A DNA stretch of 64,000 bases from Hormiphora californensis (taxonomy: Eukaryota > Animalia > Ctenophora), in contig CM035354.1 in NCBI GenBank assembly GCA_020137815.1, positions 868,001-932,000 on the forward strand, in the 5' to 3' direction. Within the stretch, counting starts at the first letter, position 1, and every line of letters begins with the position of its first letter. Of the stretch, positions 22,859 through 36,708 are shown piece after piece. Under the pieces are notes generated by a model, which did no database searches, was not told the origin of the DNA, and worked only from the letters and a program-made list of their open reading frames with translations. Position numbers and translations under genes: made by a program.

Positions 22859-23127
22859 AAAGGAAAGAGGGAGAGATCCTAGAAGATAGCTAAAATATAT
22901 CTGTTGGAGGAACATGGAACATAACGATATGGGGGATATGAATGGATGGGGGTGGGGGTGCCTGTCCTGATTGGCCTTGGGAGAGGGGGGAGAACAACAA
23001 CAGGCATGCAGATAGAGGACAGTAATGAGTTAGAACTGTCCCCTAATGCAAGGGGAGGCACGGAAAATTAGTGGCGGCGCGTATCTAGGAAATGGTTCGA
23101 TGTGTGAGAAAATGTCAGCAGTCCTGG

Positions 23128-23189
<62 letters not shown>

Positions 23190-24096
23190 TCGTGCACGTT
23201 ATTACGATCTCAGAGCTCTAGTGAGAGGATAGATGACCGAGAAAGAGGAAGAGAGAAAGATAAATGGTATTAATCGGGTGACATCACCCAGATCATGTGG
23301 GACTCTGGGAGAGGAGGAAGAGGAGCAGAGAGGAGGAAGAGGAGAGAATTGGAGCTAGATTAGGAAGGAAGGCGAACTGTAATAACCAGAGAGGGGAGGA
23401 TCTAATAGCTTGTTTATCCAATGAATAATACAAGAATAATTGTAGATCAGGGTACGGCCACTGCTGCAGTAGTGCCCCACTGAGCTAATTGCAGAACAGA
23501 AATATGAAAATGGGAGGAGCTGAGAGAAAGATGATCAACCTACAACCATGGGTAGGAGCCATCACCTCTCTTTCTATTTCTCTCTCACTCTCTCTCTCTC
23601 TCTTTCTCTCTCTTGCTCTATCTATATCTATCTCTCTCTCCCCTCTCTCTCCCTCTCTCTTTTCACATTGTTGAACGGGGGAACAAAGCGAGCAGCAGGG
23701 TTGAGGGTGGTAAGGGTCACCAGCTGGACACCTCAATGGGGCAGGGTTGAGAGGGGGGTGGTTGGTCTTGCTAACACAATGAATGGGAATTAATGTTATT
23801 TAGGCCCATTGTAAAAATACCCCGCAAATCAGTTTTGGAGTGACGGTGCGAAATAGCTCCAACCCACCCCCTCCCAGTGGAAAGAGAGAATGGGGAGAAA
23901 GGGGGCAGGAGATAGAGAGACAAAAAGGGGACAGTCATAAGCATATAGTTCGCACATATAATAAAGAAATAAAGAGAAGTCACGTGTGTGGGGACAGGTT
24001 TTTAAAGAGGAAACGGGAATTACGGGGCGGGGACTGTCTTCGCAAGAACACCGATGAATACAACTTTATTACAACTATGAGAAGGGTGCACTAAAA

Positions 24097-24127
<31 letters not shown>

Positions 24128-25026
24128 ACCCTCTCTCTCACCCTCTCTCTCAATCTGATAAGCAAGAAGCTTTATCATGACAGGTGGGGGATGGTGGAGT
24201 TTGTGAACTTGGTAAGTAAGTACGAAGCAACAGATCGAGGAGAAATTTCTACAGATGGCGATTGCATTGCTATCACAATTCTAAAGATTTAAAAGCGAAA
24301 ACTTTCAAAGCTGATATAGTTCATCAAGAAATGACAAAGTGGAACACAACAGATAGTTCCCAATGAGTGACAGCTCTGAGTTCCCCCCAATGAAAGTTCT
24401 AATGAAAGTTGGGTGGGGTTAATAGGAGCTGAGAGAGGCAACAAACAACTGTGTAGCACCCCTCCGTGCCCCCACCACTGCGAGAGATAGAGAGGTGAGA
24501 GATGAGAGAGATGAGAGAGGGAAACACAGGTGCAATAGAAGGGAGAGAGTGGGAGAGATAGAGAGTAGACAACTGAATTGAATTGCCAAATACAAATTAC
24601 CAAAACTCTGTCAGTAGTGAGGCCGAGAGAGAGAGAAAGGAAGAGAGAGAGAGTACGAGAAGAGAGAGATGCAACTGATAGATTGAGAGAGAACTTGCGT
24701 TGAGAGATTACGGAAGAGATGGGGAGGAGTGGAGGGGAGGAGGGAGAGAGGAGAGACAAGCTCGCTCCCCTTCCCCCCGGAGAAGTTATTAATTGGTGAG
24801 AATTAAGGTAAAAATCAGAGCGAGAAATATAACTGGCAGAGCAAGCCTAGAGCATGCAAGCGGAGGGAGGCTAATTAGGAGGGAGGTGAGGCATGCTGGA
24901 AGGTAAGAGAAACCATAGAAAATAACAAAAAACGGTGGGGGGACAAAAAAAACAGAAAATAACAGAGAGTAGCCGAGAGAAGGCTGAGAAGCGAGAGAGA
25001 GATGAGAGAGAGAGAGAGAGAAGCAG

Positions 25027-25060
<34 letters not shown>

Positions 25061-25233
25061 AGAGGAGAAGTCAGATATCTAGAGCTCGCAGAAGCGCAAG
25101 CGTAGCTAGTCGATAGAGAAGAGGAGTACGAGACTAGAGAGAGCGGAGATCTCTCCTATCCTATCATATTCGCTATAGATATACTCTAGCGCTAATATCC
25201 TCTCTCTCTCTCTCTTCTCTCTCTCTTCTCTCT

Positions 25234-25271
<38 letters not shown>

Positions 25272-25423
25272 CTTCTAGACACATAATGCGCATCTGTCAG
25301 TGGTGCTGCTTGTAAGGAGTGGGTCCCCCACCACCGCTCTAAAATTAGCCCCAATATATATACGTTTTATGTGTGTTCCCAATTATACAGCCTGGATGAA
25401 AAAACCAGGGCAACGAGGAGGAG

Positions 25424-25908
25424 CACGGCGTGCCTGGTGAAATTTTAACACGACCTAGCATGCGACGGGAAACCACCACTTGTACGTGGTAGCTGAGGGT
25501 CTACAGAATGGCGCTACGGTGCGGGATAAATCATTCCATTCCCTAAAATCTTTTTTTTTACTTTTATTTGATTTGGGTCAAAATTGGCTATATTAAACGT
25601 GGTCCCGAAAAATCCATAATGACTTAGCACACGAAATATGTCACCCCTACCTATTTTTGCACGTAGAATCGATTGCCGTTGAAGTCGAATCTCTAAAATG
25701 ACTGCTAAGTCATTATGGATTTTTCGGGACCACGTTTAATATAGCTAATTTTGACCCAAATCAAATAAAAGTAAAAAAAAAGATTTTAGGGAATGGAATG
25801 ATTTATCCCGCACCGTAGCGCCATTCTGTAGACCCTCAGCTACCACGTACAAGTGGTGGTTTCCCGTCGCATGCTAGGTCGTGTTAAAATTTCACCAGGC
25901 ACGCCGTG
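25424..25908. mobile_element. MITE with CAC...GTG termini and 4-bp TSD (Chapaev-like)
   Basis: 206-bp inverted arms 25424-25629 and 25703-25908 with a 73-bp spacer. Begins CACGGCG, ends CGCCGTG, with GGAG on both flanks. Confidence 0.8.
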
Positions 25909-26570
25909 GGAGGAGGAGTGATTAGAAGGAATGATACAGATAATAATGAAGTTGGTGATGGGCGAGAGAAATAGCTAATTAGGATTGCCCAGATCTGAAG
26001 TGGATGGTCCAAAAAATATTAACCCGTCACCGGGGGATGCGGAGAATTTAATTGCTAATACAGCAGAACTGATGAGCTACCGAAAGAAAGAGAGATAGGG
26101 GCAAAGAACTTCCGTTGGAGCTACCAAAGAAAGACCAATTGCTACTGGGCTCACGAGAAGTATTGTTGTTGTCGCCCTCTACCCCAGCCCTCTACGTCCG
26201 CTTTGTAAAGCGCCTCGGTAAAGTGTAAAGCTCTCAAGAGAGAAGTGAGGAGGTGGTCTCTATCTCTCTCTCTCTCGGAGAGTCTACACCCGGAAATGAA
26301 AGGCCTGAAATAATGGGCGCCACCAACACACACAGAGGTAAAGCTCTTTCTTTCTCTCCTCCTCCTCCCATCACTCCCTTTCTCTCATCATCTCTCTCTC
26401 TCTCTCCCTCTCTCTCCTCGCGTGATGTAATCTAGGGGAGCCCCTCTCCTTGGCGGTAGCAGCATCTACGCAGCTGGAGGGCTGGATCTGGTCGCCCAAC
26501 CACTAGTAGTGGTCCACTACCCGGGGGAGTGGTAATCCCGATTATAATTCGAGATAGAGATAGATAGAGA

Positions 26571-26659
<89 letters not shown>

Positions 26660-27432
26660 CAGGGCACTAATAGAGATTGTTAATGAGAAGATAGATAATC
26701 GAGATAATCGGGCAGATAGAAATAGAGAACGGAGCAAGATCTTGGTCCTATCTAGACGATCTATACCAATCTACCCTGGACCAATGTTAGACAAAGACCT
26801 GACTACACAAAGCGAGAGAGAGAGGAGAGAGAGGCAAATATCAGCCCGAGTATTATAATTGTGCAAAATTATTCGGATAAATCATCAGAATGAGTTTTTA
26901 AGATAAAACCATTAGGGGGAACCGCGACCGACCGCAAACTCAGAAGTCTACGGTATTTTCCCTCCACCCTCCATATGTTTTCTATTTCTGAGCTCAGCTC
27001 ACTCTTTCCCCGCTTTCTTTCCCTCTCATTTTGCCACTTAAAATTTCGGTATGGGGGTGAGTGCCGAAAGGGCGTTGTATATGCTTCCGGAAAAACATTT
27101 CTCTAACTCTCTTACCAGTCGGGAACTGTAGACTGCCTGTCCACTGGGGGATGTGTGTCAAATTAGCATGTACCTAAATTAGAACTTGCACCAAAAGCAC
27201 AACCTCCTCCTCTCTCAATCAATTATATCAAATGATTGTAGAAATTAGTAATCAGAAAACTGTGTTTTATTGTATTCAGCAACTCCACTAACCTGGTATG
27301 ATGGCAAGAACAGTAGTCCCAGTCCCATACAGCATTAGTTACACAGGTGTCCATACTAGGATAGAAAGAATTATTGTTGTGTATTTTGATAACTTTCCAG
27401 CAAAAAGCGCTCTAACTGCAACAACAAATTTA

Positions 27433-28311
27433 TCATAAAAATAGCTCATTCAGAAAATCGTTCATTTCATCCTCGGTGGATTTTACTAAAGTCTCTGGTG
27501 CTGGTCCCTTCCAAATGGAAACATCGCCCTCAATATCTTTAGAGGAGGACTCAGGCTGTTCTGAGGATGACGGAGTGACACTTGATTCTGAGGAAGAAGA
27601 GGACCGGTGTTTTGACTTCCGCTTTCGTTTCTTCTCCTTTCTTTTCTTTTTAGCCTTCTTCACCTTTTTGATAAGGTTCAGCTTTACAGAGCAATCAGGA
27701 CACAGCCGTAATTTGACAAGGGCGTTCTTTTTCACTTCGCCTTCCTTGTACCCAAAATTTACCTCCCAACTGGTCAGGTCTTCAGAGAGGGTGCAGTGTT
27801 TGTTTCCACATTCAAATTGCCCCTTCCCCGATTTCACCTCCTTCTCAACCCGCCACCGGAGTGCGATCTGCTTACTTTCATAGCGGGACAAATCCGCAAT
27901 ACAATATTCCTTAAACAGTTTATCATAATAATGTTTAGCAAGTCTTTCCTCCCAAGTCTTTGGGTCTCCCTGGTCCCATAAAAACTTGTGATTATCCCTC
28001 AGCACACTATAATCATTCCTATCACCCGTTGAATCACGTGCAAAATCCTCCACACTCCCACCATACAAGTTTACATAGTTCCTGATCAACTCCTTGTGTC
28101 GCGTGTAAGCGTCCATTTTCCTGAGGTGAAAGGCCCTAACTTTCCACGCTTCCTTATCGTGATAGGAAGTGAAACCTCCCAGCTGATCTCCGTTGGATTT
28201 GTATTGTCGAGGCATGTTACTGTTCATCTCGGGCTCGATAAGGGGCTTCTTGGGTGGTGGCTCCTCCAGATCGGAGTCATAGCCACCAAGGTCGAATTCT
28301 GGGTGAGACAT
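27433..28311 (-). CDS. FRA10AC1: FRA10AC1 homolog (spliceosome-associated), single coding exon
   Basis: 292-aa ORF with WEERLAKHYYDKLFKEYCIADLSRY, LRWRVEKEVKSGKGQFECGNKHC and SWEVNFGYKEGEVKKNALVKLRLCPDCSVKLN, which are diagnostic of the family. Confidence 0.93.
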   Translation of the reverse strand: MSHPEFDLGGYDSDLEEPPPKKPLIEPEMNSNMPRQYKSNGDQLGGFTSYHDKEAWKVRAFHLRKMDAYTRHKELIRNYVNLYGGSVEDFARDSTGDRNDYSVLRDNHKFLWDQGDPKTWEERLAKHYYDKLFKEYCIADLSRYESKQIALRWRVEKEVKSGKGQFECGNKHCTLSEDLTSWEVNFGYKEGEVKKNALVKLRLCPDCSVKLNLIKKVKKAKKKRKEKKRKRKSKHRSSSSSESSVTPSSSEQPESSSKDIEGDVSIWKGPAPETLVKSTEDEMNDFLNELFL

Positions 28312-29396
28312 GGCCTGAGAAAGGAGGATGACCTTTTAGTATCACAAGTACATTGTATCAAACTAAAATAACAAACAGTATAACACACGAGCATGTTATA
28401 GACACACAGACAAATCGAACAGCGTCTATTACACACAACTACACACTAGTTGGTAACTGATGAAATGTCTGAAAAACAGGGCAAATCAGTGGTTGTGCAG
28501 TGTGATTCAAGCTGGACTAAAACAGACCCAAGTGTTCGAATAATGGGGTATAAACAATGACAAAGTGATTAGACCAAAAACCACTTTTTTGGTGATGAAC
28601 AGGTTTTCTCCCAAGATCTCCCGATTCATCTTTCACTTTTTTCAAAATTAATTAGCTTGTCAGAGAATAAACCAATTTCTTGTTATGTTCTAACCCTCTT
28701 TTACATTTGTGAGCGTGTGAAGAGAGGGTCGAGCCATTAACCAATTTCTGCACACGAATGTCGAGTAGCACTACAAACTACATACTTATTGCTTAAGACA
28801 CGAAACCATTTCTCACCATAATTCTAATTAACTTTTCACGATTAACTTCCTTTTTTTTAATTCTTGAAATTGTTAATTAAACGTGGTTACGGGGTAAATT
28901 TTAATATGCTTTGTCTTTCAATTTTAAATCCACCCGGACAGGGAAAATTCATTTAATTGTGGAGATGTGTGGAAAATTATCGTTTTATCTTGAATTTTTC
29001 ATGTACAAAATCACATAACTGAAATCCTGTCACGGAGATCAGAGTGACTCGTGCACGTTTTTCGGGAACTTCCTCCGTGAACTTGATCAATTAAAAAGTC
29101 ATGGCGCCCTCTTGCTATGTAACCCTTCATTACCCAGTTTTCATTATGAAAGGTGCTTATCAGAATTCAGAACACATAACGAGGCTAAATAAGTACATTC
29201 CATATGCTCTTGTAAAGCTGTCTCAGGTTTCAGTATTCCCAATCACATGCACATTATAAACTTCTAAAGTTGAAGGCATGGATATACAATTAATATTCTT
29301 ACAAGAATTACAAGGATTATGATAACAAATATGATTGACAACTCAAGGTCCATTTGGTGTACCTCATAATTTCCTACTAATTAATTCGATAATAGG

Positions 29397-31343
29397 TATG
29401 CCTACGCGAAGAAAAAGAGGAAGGTCCAGTCAAACATTGGACCTCTACGGACCGTGAACGGGACCCTCACTGACGACCCTTTGGAGAAATCGGAGATCCT
29501 TCAAAGTCAGTATGTGAAAGTATTCAGTGATCCAGACGCAGTGGTTGTTGAGGAAGCGCTGGAGAAAATTGCAGAGAGGACGGAGAAGTTAGAAGATGTC
29601 ACCTTCACCCCTTCAACAATCGAGGAAGCGCTAAGTCAACTTAAACCAACTTCAGCAGCACCCCACGGTGATGTCCCAGCGCTGGTGCTACGGGAATGCC
29701 GTCGTCAGCTGGCATACCCCTTGTGGAAGCTGTGGGACCAATCATTTGCTAACGGATTTATACCAGAGGATCTGAAGAAGCAGCAAATAGCGCCTATCTA
29801 CAAGAAAGGTAACAAGACTCTCCCAGAAAGTTACCGGCCGGTAGCACTCACGAGCCATTTGACTAAGACCTTCGAAAGGATTGTAAGACAGCAGCTTACG
29901 GACTTTGTGGAGAGGACTGGGGTGCTGAACGAAGAGCAGCACGGGTTCAGAGCTGGGAGGAGTACACTAAGTCAACTTCTTAGCCACTACGATGGCATAC
30001 TAGAGGATATGAACTCCGGAGTTGAAGTTGATGTCGCGTACATAGACTACGCTAAGGCGTTTGACAAGGTGGATATCAAGATTCTCCTAGGTAAACTAAG
30101 GAAATATGGAGTAAGAGGAAAGCTACTAGAGTGGATTGAGGCTTTTTTGACTGGAAGAACCCAAAAGGTGGCTCTGGAAGGAAAGTTCTCAAGATCAGAA
30201 CCGGTCTTGAGTAGTGTGATTCAGGGGTCCGTGCTTGGGCCTCTTCTCTTCATCTTGTATATAGCCGATCTAGTGGAATGGACAAGCGGACACCCACTAA
30301 CGTTTGCAGATGATACAAAGAACCGTAGAGCTATTAAAGAGCTGGAAGACCAAGAAGCCCTTCAAAAGGACCTGGACGACATCGCAATCTGGTCGAGAAA
30401 CAACAACATGTTACTTCATGAAGACAAGTACGAAGTTATGAATTACAGATTGAACAATACAATATTCCTGCGGGCACTTCCCTTCAATGTCCAGTGCTAC
30501 CGATACAACAGCACATCGGGTGAAGCCATCGAGCCAGCCTACTGTGTTAAGGATCTGGGGATTTACATGACGGACGACGCCTCCTGGGAAACCCATATCA
30601 GCATCATTTCGAAGGAGGCTAAGCGCCTGGCCGGGTGGACTTTGGGAGTATTCAGAGACCGATCTGAAGGAACGATGCTGACACTGCTAAAGTCTTTGAT
30701 TAGGCCAAAGCTGGAGTACTGTTCCCCACTTTGGTCACCGTGTAAAATCAAAGATATTGCTCAACTGGAAACCGTACAGAGATTCTTCACTCGACGGGTG
30801 AAAGAATGTGAAGGTATGGACTATTGGGAAAGGATTAAGTATCTGAGGATTCTTTCTCTACAAAGAAGAAGAGAACGGTACATGATAATTCAGGTATGGA
30901 AGATACTTCACGAGATGGTACCAAACAGCACGAACATATCCTTCTACAATCACCTTCGTCATGGACCAAAGGCCCATCTCCCACAAATCCATCACACTGC
31001 TCAAAAATCAGTCCAGACTCTTCGAGAGGAATCCTTTGGGATACGAGCTATCCAACTCTTCAACAGGATGCCGACATCAGTTCGTCTATCTACATCTGTT
31101 GACAACCTAAAAGTCAATCTGGGCAGATTTCTCGACACCCTTCCCGACAGACCTCCGGTCACAGGATACCACACAACTGGGGACAACTCGCTCTTTAGTC
31201 TGCTGACGGAAGGCAAGTAACCTTCATTCCCACTTATCACAACACTTCACGTGGATGCTTAGGCTGAGTGCGTGGTATTATTTTGACTATTTATTGTGTA
31301 CAATACCAAAACTTATTTGTAATTCTTGTAATTCTTGTAATTC
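29397..31343 (+). mobile_element. 5'-truncated CR1-group LINE with uninterrupted reverse transcriptase domain
   Basis: Open frame from ~29397 (YAYAKKKRK...) to 31220 with YRPVALTS, QHGFR, DYAKAFDKV, QGSVLGPLLF, FADD and LEYCSPLW motifs. The 3' UTR ends in a (aattcttgt)n tail at ~31315-31343. Confidence 0.92.
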
Positions 31344-33761
31344 TACCTGCAGCTCTTGATTTTCAGGTAACCAAGGTTTCCAGGACACCCTAGATTTCAT
31401 TTTAACGTAACTTTGCCAAAACTTTCAATGAAATGCGGTTCTTTCTCTGCTTTCTTATTTATCAATCCTTAACATGTTAAACACAGAAAGTACTCTATTA
31501 AAGTCCAATTTTTCAACTGTTCACCCCCCCCCCCCCCCACCCAAAAGTCCTGTGCGGAAATGTTTTGCGTGTCTATCACATGTTAATGTGCTATAGCGAG
31601 CGCAGCGTAAATTTAAATATCACACGCCCACGAGTTGAGGCCTGAAGGCTGAACAGTTGAACAAAAATGGACTTTTGTTAGATGGAACTATTCAATAATT
31701 ATTTCGAAGGTCTGAAACTGTCTCAGATTGCCAAAATACCTTTCAAACCTCCATTTTCAGGCACTTTTTAGCCATCATTCACCGGTACGAAGGTTGGGGT
31801 TCAGCTACCTTGATTTCTCCTTGCTTTACTGGTTCTCTTTTCTTTCAGCTTCAAGATCAGAGTTCTAACGTGAAATGTTAAGTGTAGATATATCTGGCGT
31901 TTGAACCGTCAACCGACTGGCACAAGCTTCCAGGTTCCTGGAGTTTTGTCATAAACTTAAATGTCCTTTTTGAAAGGTTTCTCGAGTTTAATTTTGTTAT
32001 TTAACAATTTGTGTCAGGATGGGTTGTCGGTTGATCATGGGCCAGTTCCGGAAGGCAGGAGGACTGAGGCAAGTCTTCAAAAGGGTCCCAAATAATAATA
32101 ATAATAATAATAATTCATGACATTTAATATACCGCTTAATAGTGTTTAAAATAAATGGCTTGCTACTGATTCAATCAGATCGATGCTACACCATTTACCA
32201 CTTTCTAAAGCGGTCCAAGAAAGGGCCAGTGGTAAAGGAGAGCCAATAACATATTTTTAACGCTCAGTCAAGATAACATCAAAATACTATGTATTAGTAA
32301 GAGAATATGCTATGATGATTATTTATAAATTAAGTAAATAAATTAATTTGATTGATAGAATTCGATTAAAAAGAGTGCAATCATATTTATTAATTGAATA
32401 AGTAATAAAGACATAATATAATACTATTCATATTAAGAGAGATAAGTTAATTGTTATAGACTATTATTAAGTATAGGTGAGTAAGTGAATGTGTTGGTGA
32501 GTGATGGACATGTATGGGTAGTGGAGATGTGGGTGTTGGTATAGAACTGAGGTAAGTACGATTTAATGTATCATATAAAATATATAATCTGTATATATAA
32601 TAAAAAATACGTGCACATTGTTACAGAAACAGTATACAGAATCAATACATGAGTCATGCATAGAAACAGCATACAGTAGTAAACAGTTTACATGGAGAAC
32701 AGTTTACATGGATAACAGTGTACAAGAGTGATAAAAATATTAGTGATAGTAAAAAAAAACAGTTAATAATTAAAATTCAGATGTTCACTGACCCTGGTAG
32801 TGATCACTGTGTAAAATATCACCGATAATGAGAGACACTTAGCAATAAGCTTTCTTAAAGAGGTAAGTTTTAAGTTGCTGTTTAAACACATCGACAGATT
32901 CACTTTCTCGCAGGGTTTTCGGCAACTCATTCCACAATTTAGGTGCACTAATACTAAAGGCTCTACTAGTGGCTGTGTACTTGTGTGTGTATGGTTTGTG
33001 GAGGAGTGTGCTATCCTCGTCTGCCCTGACTACCTTGACCTTTGGCTTCCGGAGGGGGATGAGGTTGGAGATGTAGGGGGGAGCCATTCCATTGATGGAT
33101 TTGTATGTTAGTAAGCAGATTTTGAAGATGATTCTGCTTTTGATCGGAAGGAAGTGTAGGTCTTTCCGCATCTGGGTCACTCCTCTCCTCTTTCTTGTTC
33201 CATAGACGAACCGTACAGCACTGTTTTGGACCTTTTGGAGGCGGTTTAAATCAGATTCTGTGGCACCATAGAGTAGGGCATTTCCATAGTCTAGGCGAGA
33301 GTGTATTAACGAATGCACTAGCTTGATTTTCAGTTGCCTGGGAAGTTTTCTCGCTATCCTCCACAGATTCAGAAGTTGCATATTACATGCTTGGACAATT
33401 TTCGAGATATGGCTTGCCATTGAGAGGGTGGGATCAAGCCAAATACCGAGATTACGGGCACTTGTCGTTGATTCGATTTCCGTAGACTGTACAATTGGAC
33501 TTTCGTCTTTTTCAATCACTAATCCAGTTGGCCCAGGAGTGCGGTCGGCTTTGTGGTTGAGTATCAGAATTTCCGTTTTACTGGCATTTAGCTTGAGGTA
33601 GTTTTGCTTCATCCATTGCTTGATGTCACTGATACAATTTTGTAATTTATCCACAACACTTTTTCTGCATTCCACGGATAATTTTGAGCAAATCTTCATC
33701 AGTGACTGGCTGAAAGCATATTAGTTTGGGAGGTGATGTAGCACGGCTAGGGATATCAGGA

Positions 33762-34152
33762 GCAGGAGCAGGAGGGCTAGGGATAACAGGAACAGGAGGT
33801 CCAGGGAGAGCAGGAGCAGGAGGGCTAGGGAGAGCAGGAGCAGGAGGGCTGGGGAGAGCAGGAACAGGAGGGCCAGGAGCAGGGAGAGCAGGAGTAGGAG
33901 GGCCAGGGAGAGCAGGAACAGAAGGGCCAGGAACAGGGAGAGCAGGAGCAGGAGGGCTGGGGAGAGCGGGAACAGGAGGGCCAGGAACAGGGAGAGCAGG
34001 AGTAGGAGGGCCAGGGAGAGCAGGAACAGAAGGGCCAGCGAAAGCAGGAGGGCTAGGGAGAGCGGGAACAGGAGAATCAGGGAGAGCAGGAACAGGAGGG
34101 CCAGGGAGAGCAGGAACGGGAGGTCCAGGGAGAGCAGGAGCAGGAGGGCTAG
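33762..34152 (-). repeat. Coding minisatellite of 24/30-nt units giving (PALP[G/S]PP[A/V/T])n in the LINE endonuclease-RT linker
   Basis: Repeated gggagagcaggaacaggagggcca-like units, in frame within the 842-aa ORF. Confidence 0.9.
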
Positions 34153-36449
34153 AAGACGGTTGAGTTGTGACATATGGAAGCTTCTCAATATCATTGTAGA
34201 TCTTAGCCACTTTATTTCTGAAGAACTCGTTGAACTTGGTTACTAAAGCATCAGGAGAGTGTTGAGATGGCAGCTCTGTAGGTGTTTTTTCGATATCAAG
34301 CAACTTATTTACTATAGCAAATGTGGCTTTTCCATCTGTAGTCAGTTTGTCCAGGCGTGAGAAGTAGTATTGGGAACGAGTATTACAGATTAGAGTTGCT
34401 GCTTCTCTACTGGCGTTTTTCCATGCAGTAAACATTTTTGTTAGTCTTCCACGATCATTTGAGTTCAGGCGAGCTTTTAGCCACCGTCTTTCTGCTGCAC
34501 GTCTCTTTCTTTTTAGTTGTTGGCATTTTGGTGTCCACCATCTGTTGCGCTTCCTGTGCTTCATAATCATTTTCTCGATTGGAGCTAACTCATCTAGGAT
34601 ATCACGCAGAGTCTTATTGTATAGTCTCACGCAGTCCTCCAGTTCTTGAGGCAGATCTCCACAGAGGTCAGTCCCCAAAATAGCCTCAGCAAGGTCTTCT
34701 CTTTGAATGTCTTTTAGCTTTCTGGACTTGATTACTTTTGGCTCCGGCGGTGGCATAGTTATTGTGGCTTCAAGAGTGACTAAAAAGTGGTCAGGAACAT
34801 CTGGAACAGGTGACACTGAAACATTAGACAAGTCCAACGTTGTCTCGTGTGCGGTCTGGACAAGGACTAGGTCTAGAGTCCCGCCTTTGACATGTGTTTT
34901 CTCATTCACAATGTTTCTCCAGCCAAACTCACTAAGAAGTTTTTGGAACTTCCTTGTTTGTGGATGTTGAGCATCCTGGATGGGGATATTGAAGTCTCCA
35001 CAGATTATTGTGGCTTCTTGGTTCTCGTTTGCACATGAAAGGATCTGCTCGAACTCCTCAAGGAATAGAGAGAAACTCGAGCTGTTTCCTGGCCTATAGA
35101 TAACAACAATCCTTGTAGGTGAAAATGCTTTAAGAAGTACCTCCTGGTGTTCAAATGATGTAGCAACAACACGAGACTTAGCCTTGCCAATCTTAACACT
35201 CCGAAGTGTGATGACTCCAACTCCCCCACCGCGGCCATTCCTTGGAAGGTGCTGGATATCAAACCCAGCATCTTTAATATCAGCACACAGAGCTTTCTCT
35301 CCACTCTGCAGCCATGTTTCCGTAACTGCAAGAACATCCAGTCCACGATCAATCATAAGTTCAAGAATATCGACCGTTTTGTTTCTTAACGAGAAACAGT
35401 TCAGCAGTCCAATCTTTAGCCTCCGCAAAGGGGAACTTAGAAGTTTTTTGGGTTCTGGATTCGTTTCAGGTAGCTCGGGCAGTCTTTGGAAGCAGCGTTG
35501 TGTGGATGCACATGATTGGAAATGAGGGTCACTGGACTGTGAGCAATTGGCACAGCATTGGTTATTCCCATCCTTACTATCGCAGTCTCGACCAATGTGG
35601 GGGCCGGCACAGCGGTAGCATGTTGGGGTTTTCGCCGTACACTCAGAGGCGATGTGACCGAATTTTTGGCAAGTAAAACATTGGCGGACATGGAATCTCT
35701 CCTCTACCCTAGAGAAGGAGTTTCCCATGAACACAAAACCCTTAGTATGCATGTAGTTAAATAGCCTATAGGTAACACGAATTGCAATTGTAGCTAGGTC
35801 GTTATCACGAAAATGTCGCTTAAAGTGCACTATCTCAATTCTTTCGCCATCATCAATCATCTTTTTCACATCATTATTTTTCTCGCATAGCATCTCTATA
35901 ATATTGGCATCATTTCTCTGAATCATCTCTTTGTTCATTTTCTCAGTGCTCTCGATGGGGAAGGATGAAACATCGGCGTTTTTGATGGTCAGCTTCTTCG
36001 TTTTCACCTTTTCTTCCAATGTCACGTCGGGACTTGATACAGCAATACTGTCCTTGGCTTTCGTCATAGGCCATAGCCTCCTCCGAGTCAAATCCGATGA
36101 GAACAGATCCGTCACCTTTTCTTCCAATGTCACGTCGGGACTTGATACAGCAATACTGTCCTTGGCTTTCGTCATAACTCATAGCCTCCTCCGAGTCAAA
36201 TCCGATGAGAACAGATCCGTCATCTTTGTTCCTCAGAAACGTGGTTGGCACAGATTTTAAAAGTTTGTTAGCAGCAGAAAGTTGACCTGAATCGCCGGAT
36301 AGGGATAAATGAGCCTTGGTGACTGGTTTCTTGAGTTGTTCAGCATAGTTGACAGGTGGCATAGTTGAATTCATGTTGATACGAGCGGTTGGAGTGTCTT
36401 GAGCAGCAAATGACTTGCCAAATGTCAAAACGCGAAAGGGCGCGATTAT

Positions 36450-36708
36450 AATCTGGGTGCCTTGCAGCGTGTTTACAGGTGCGCGCTGCCAAAAAAGTAC
36501 ACCTAAAACCACTTAGACCGACTTTTTTCAAACGGCTATAGCCACGCAACCACATGGCCAATTTGAGTAAACTAAACGGTAACTGATAGAGAATCGATAG
36601 CCCTAACCGATAACCCCATACCAAACCCTAACCCGACCCTAACAACAGCCCTAACCTGTCGCGCGCGCTAAAATCGATGAATTGTTAGCAATGCAAGGCA
36701 CCCAGATT
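36450..36708. mobile_element. Small inverted-repeat element with internal telomere-like (CCCTAA) units, nested in the LINE 5' UTR
   Basis: 17-bp inverted repeats aatctgggtgccttgca (36450-36466) and tgcaaggcacccagatt (36692-36708). Degenerate ccctaacc units at 36601-36656. Confidence 0.6.

Noticed and set aside
33721-34194. Gly-rich collagen-like ORF (+) and Leu-rich ORF (-)
   Set aside because: These are alternative frames of the proline-coding minisatellite inside the LINE.
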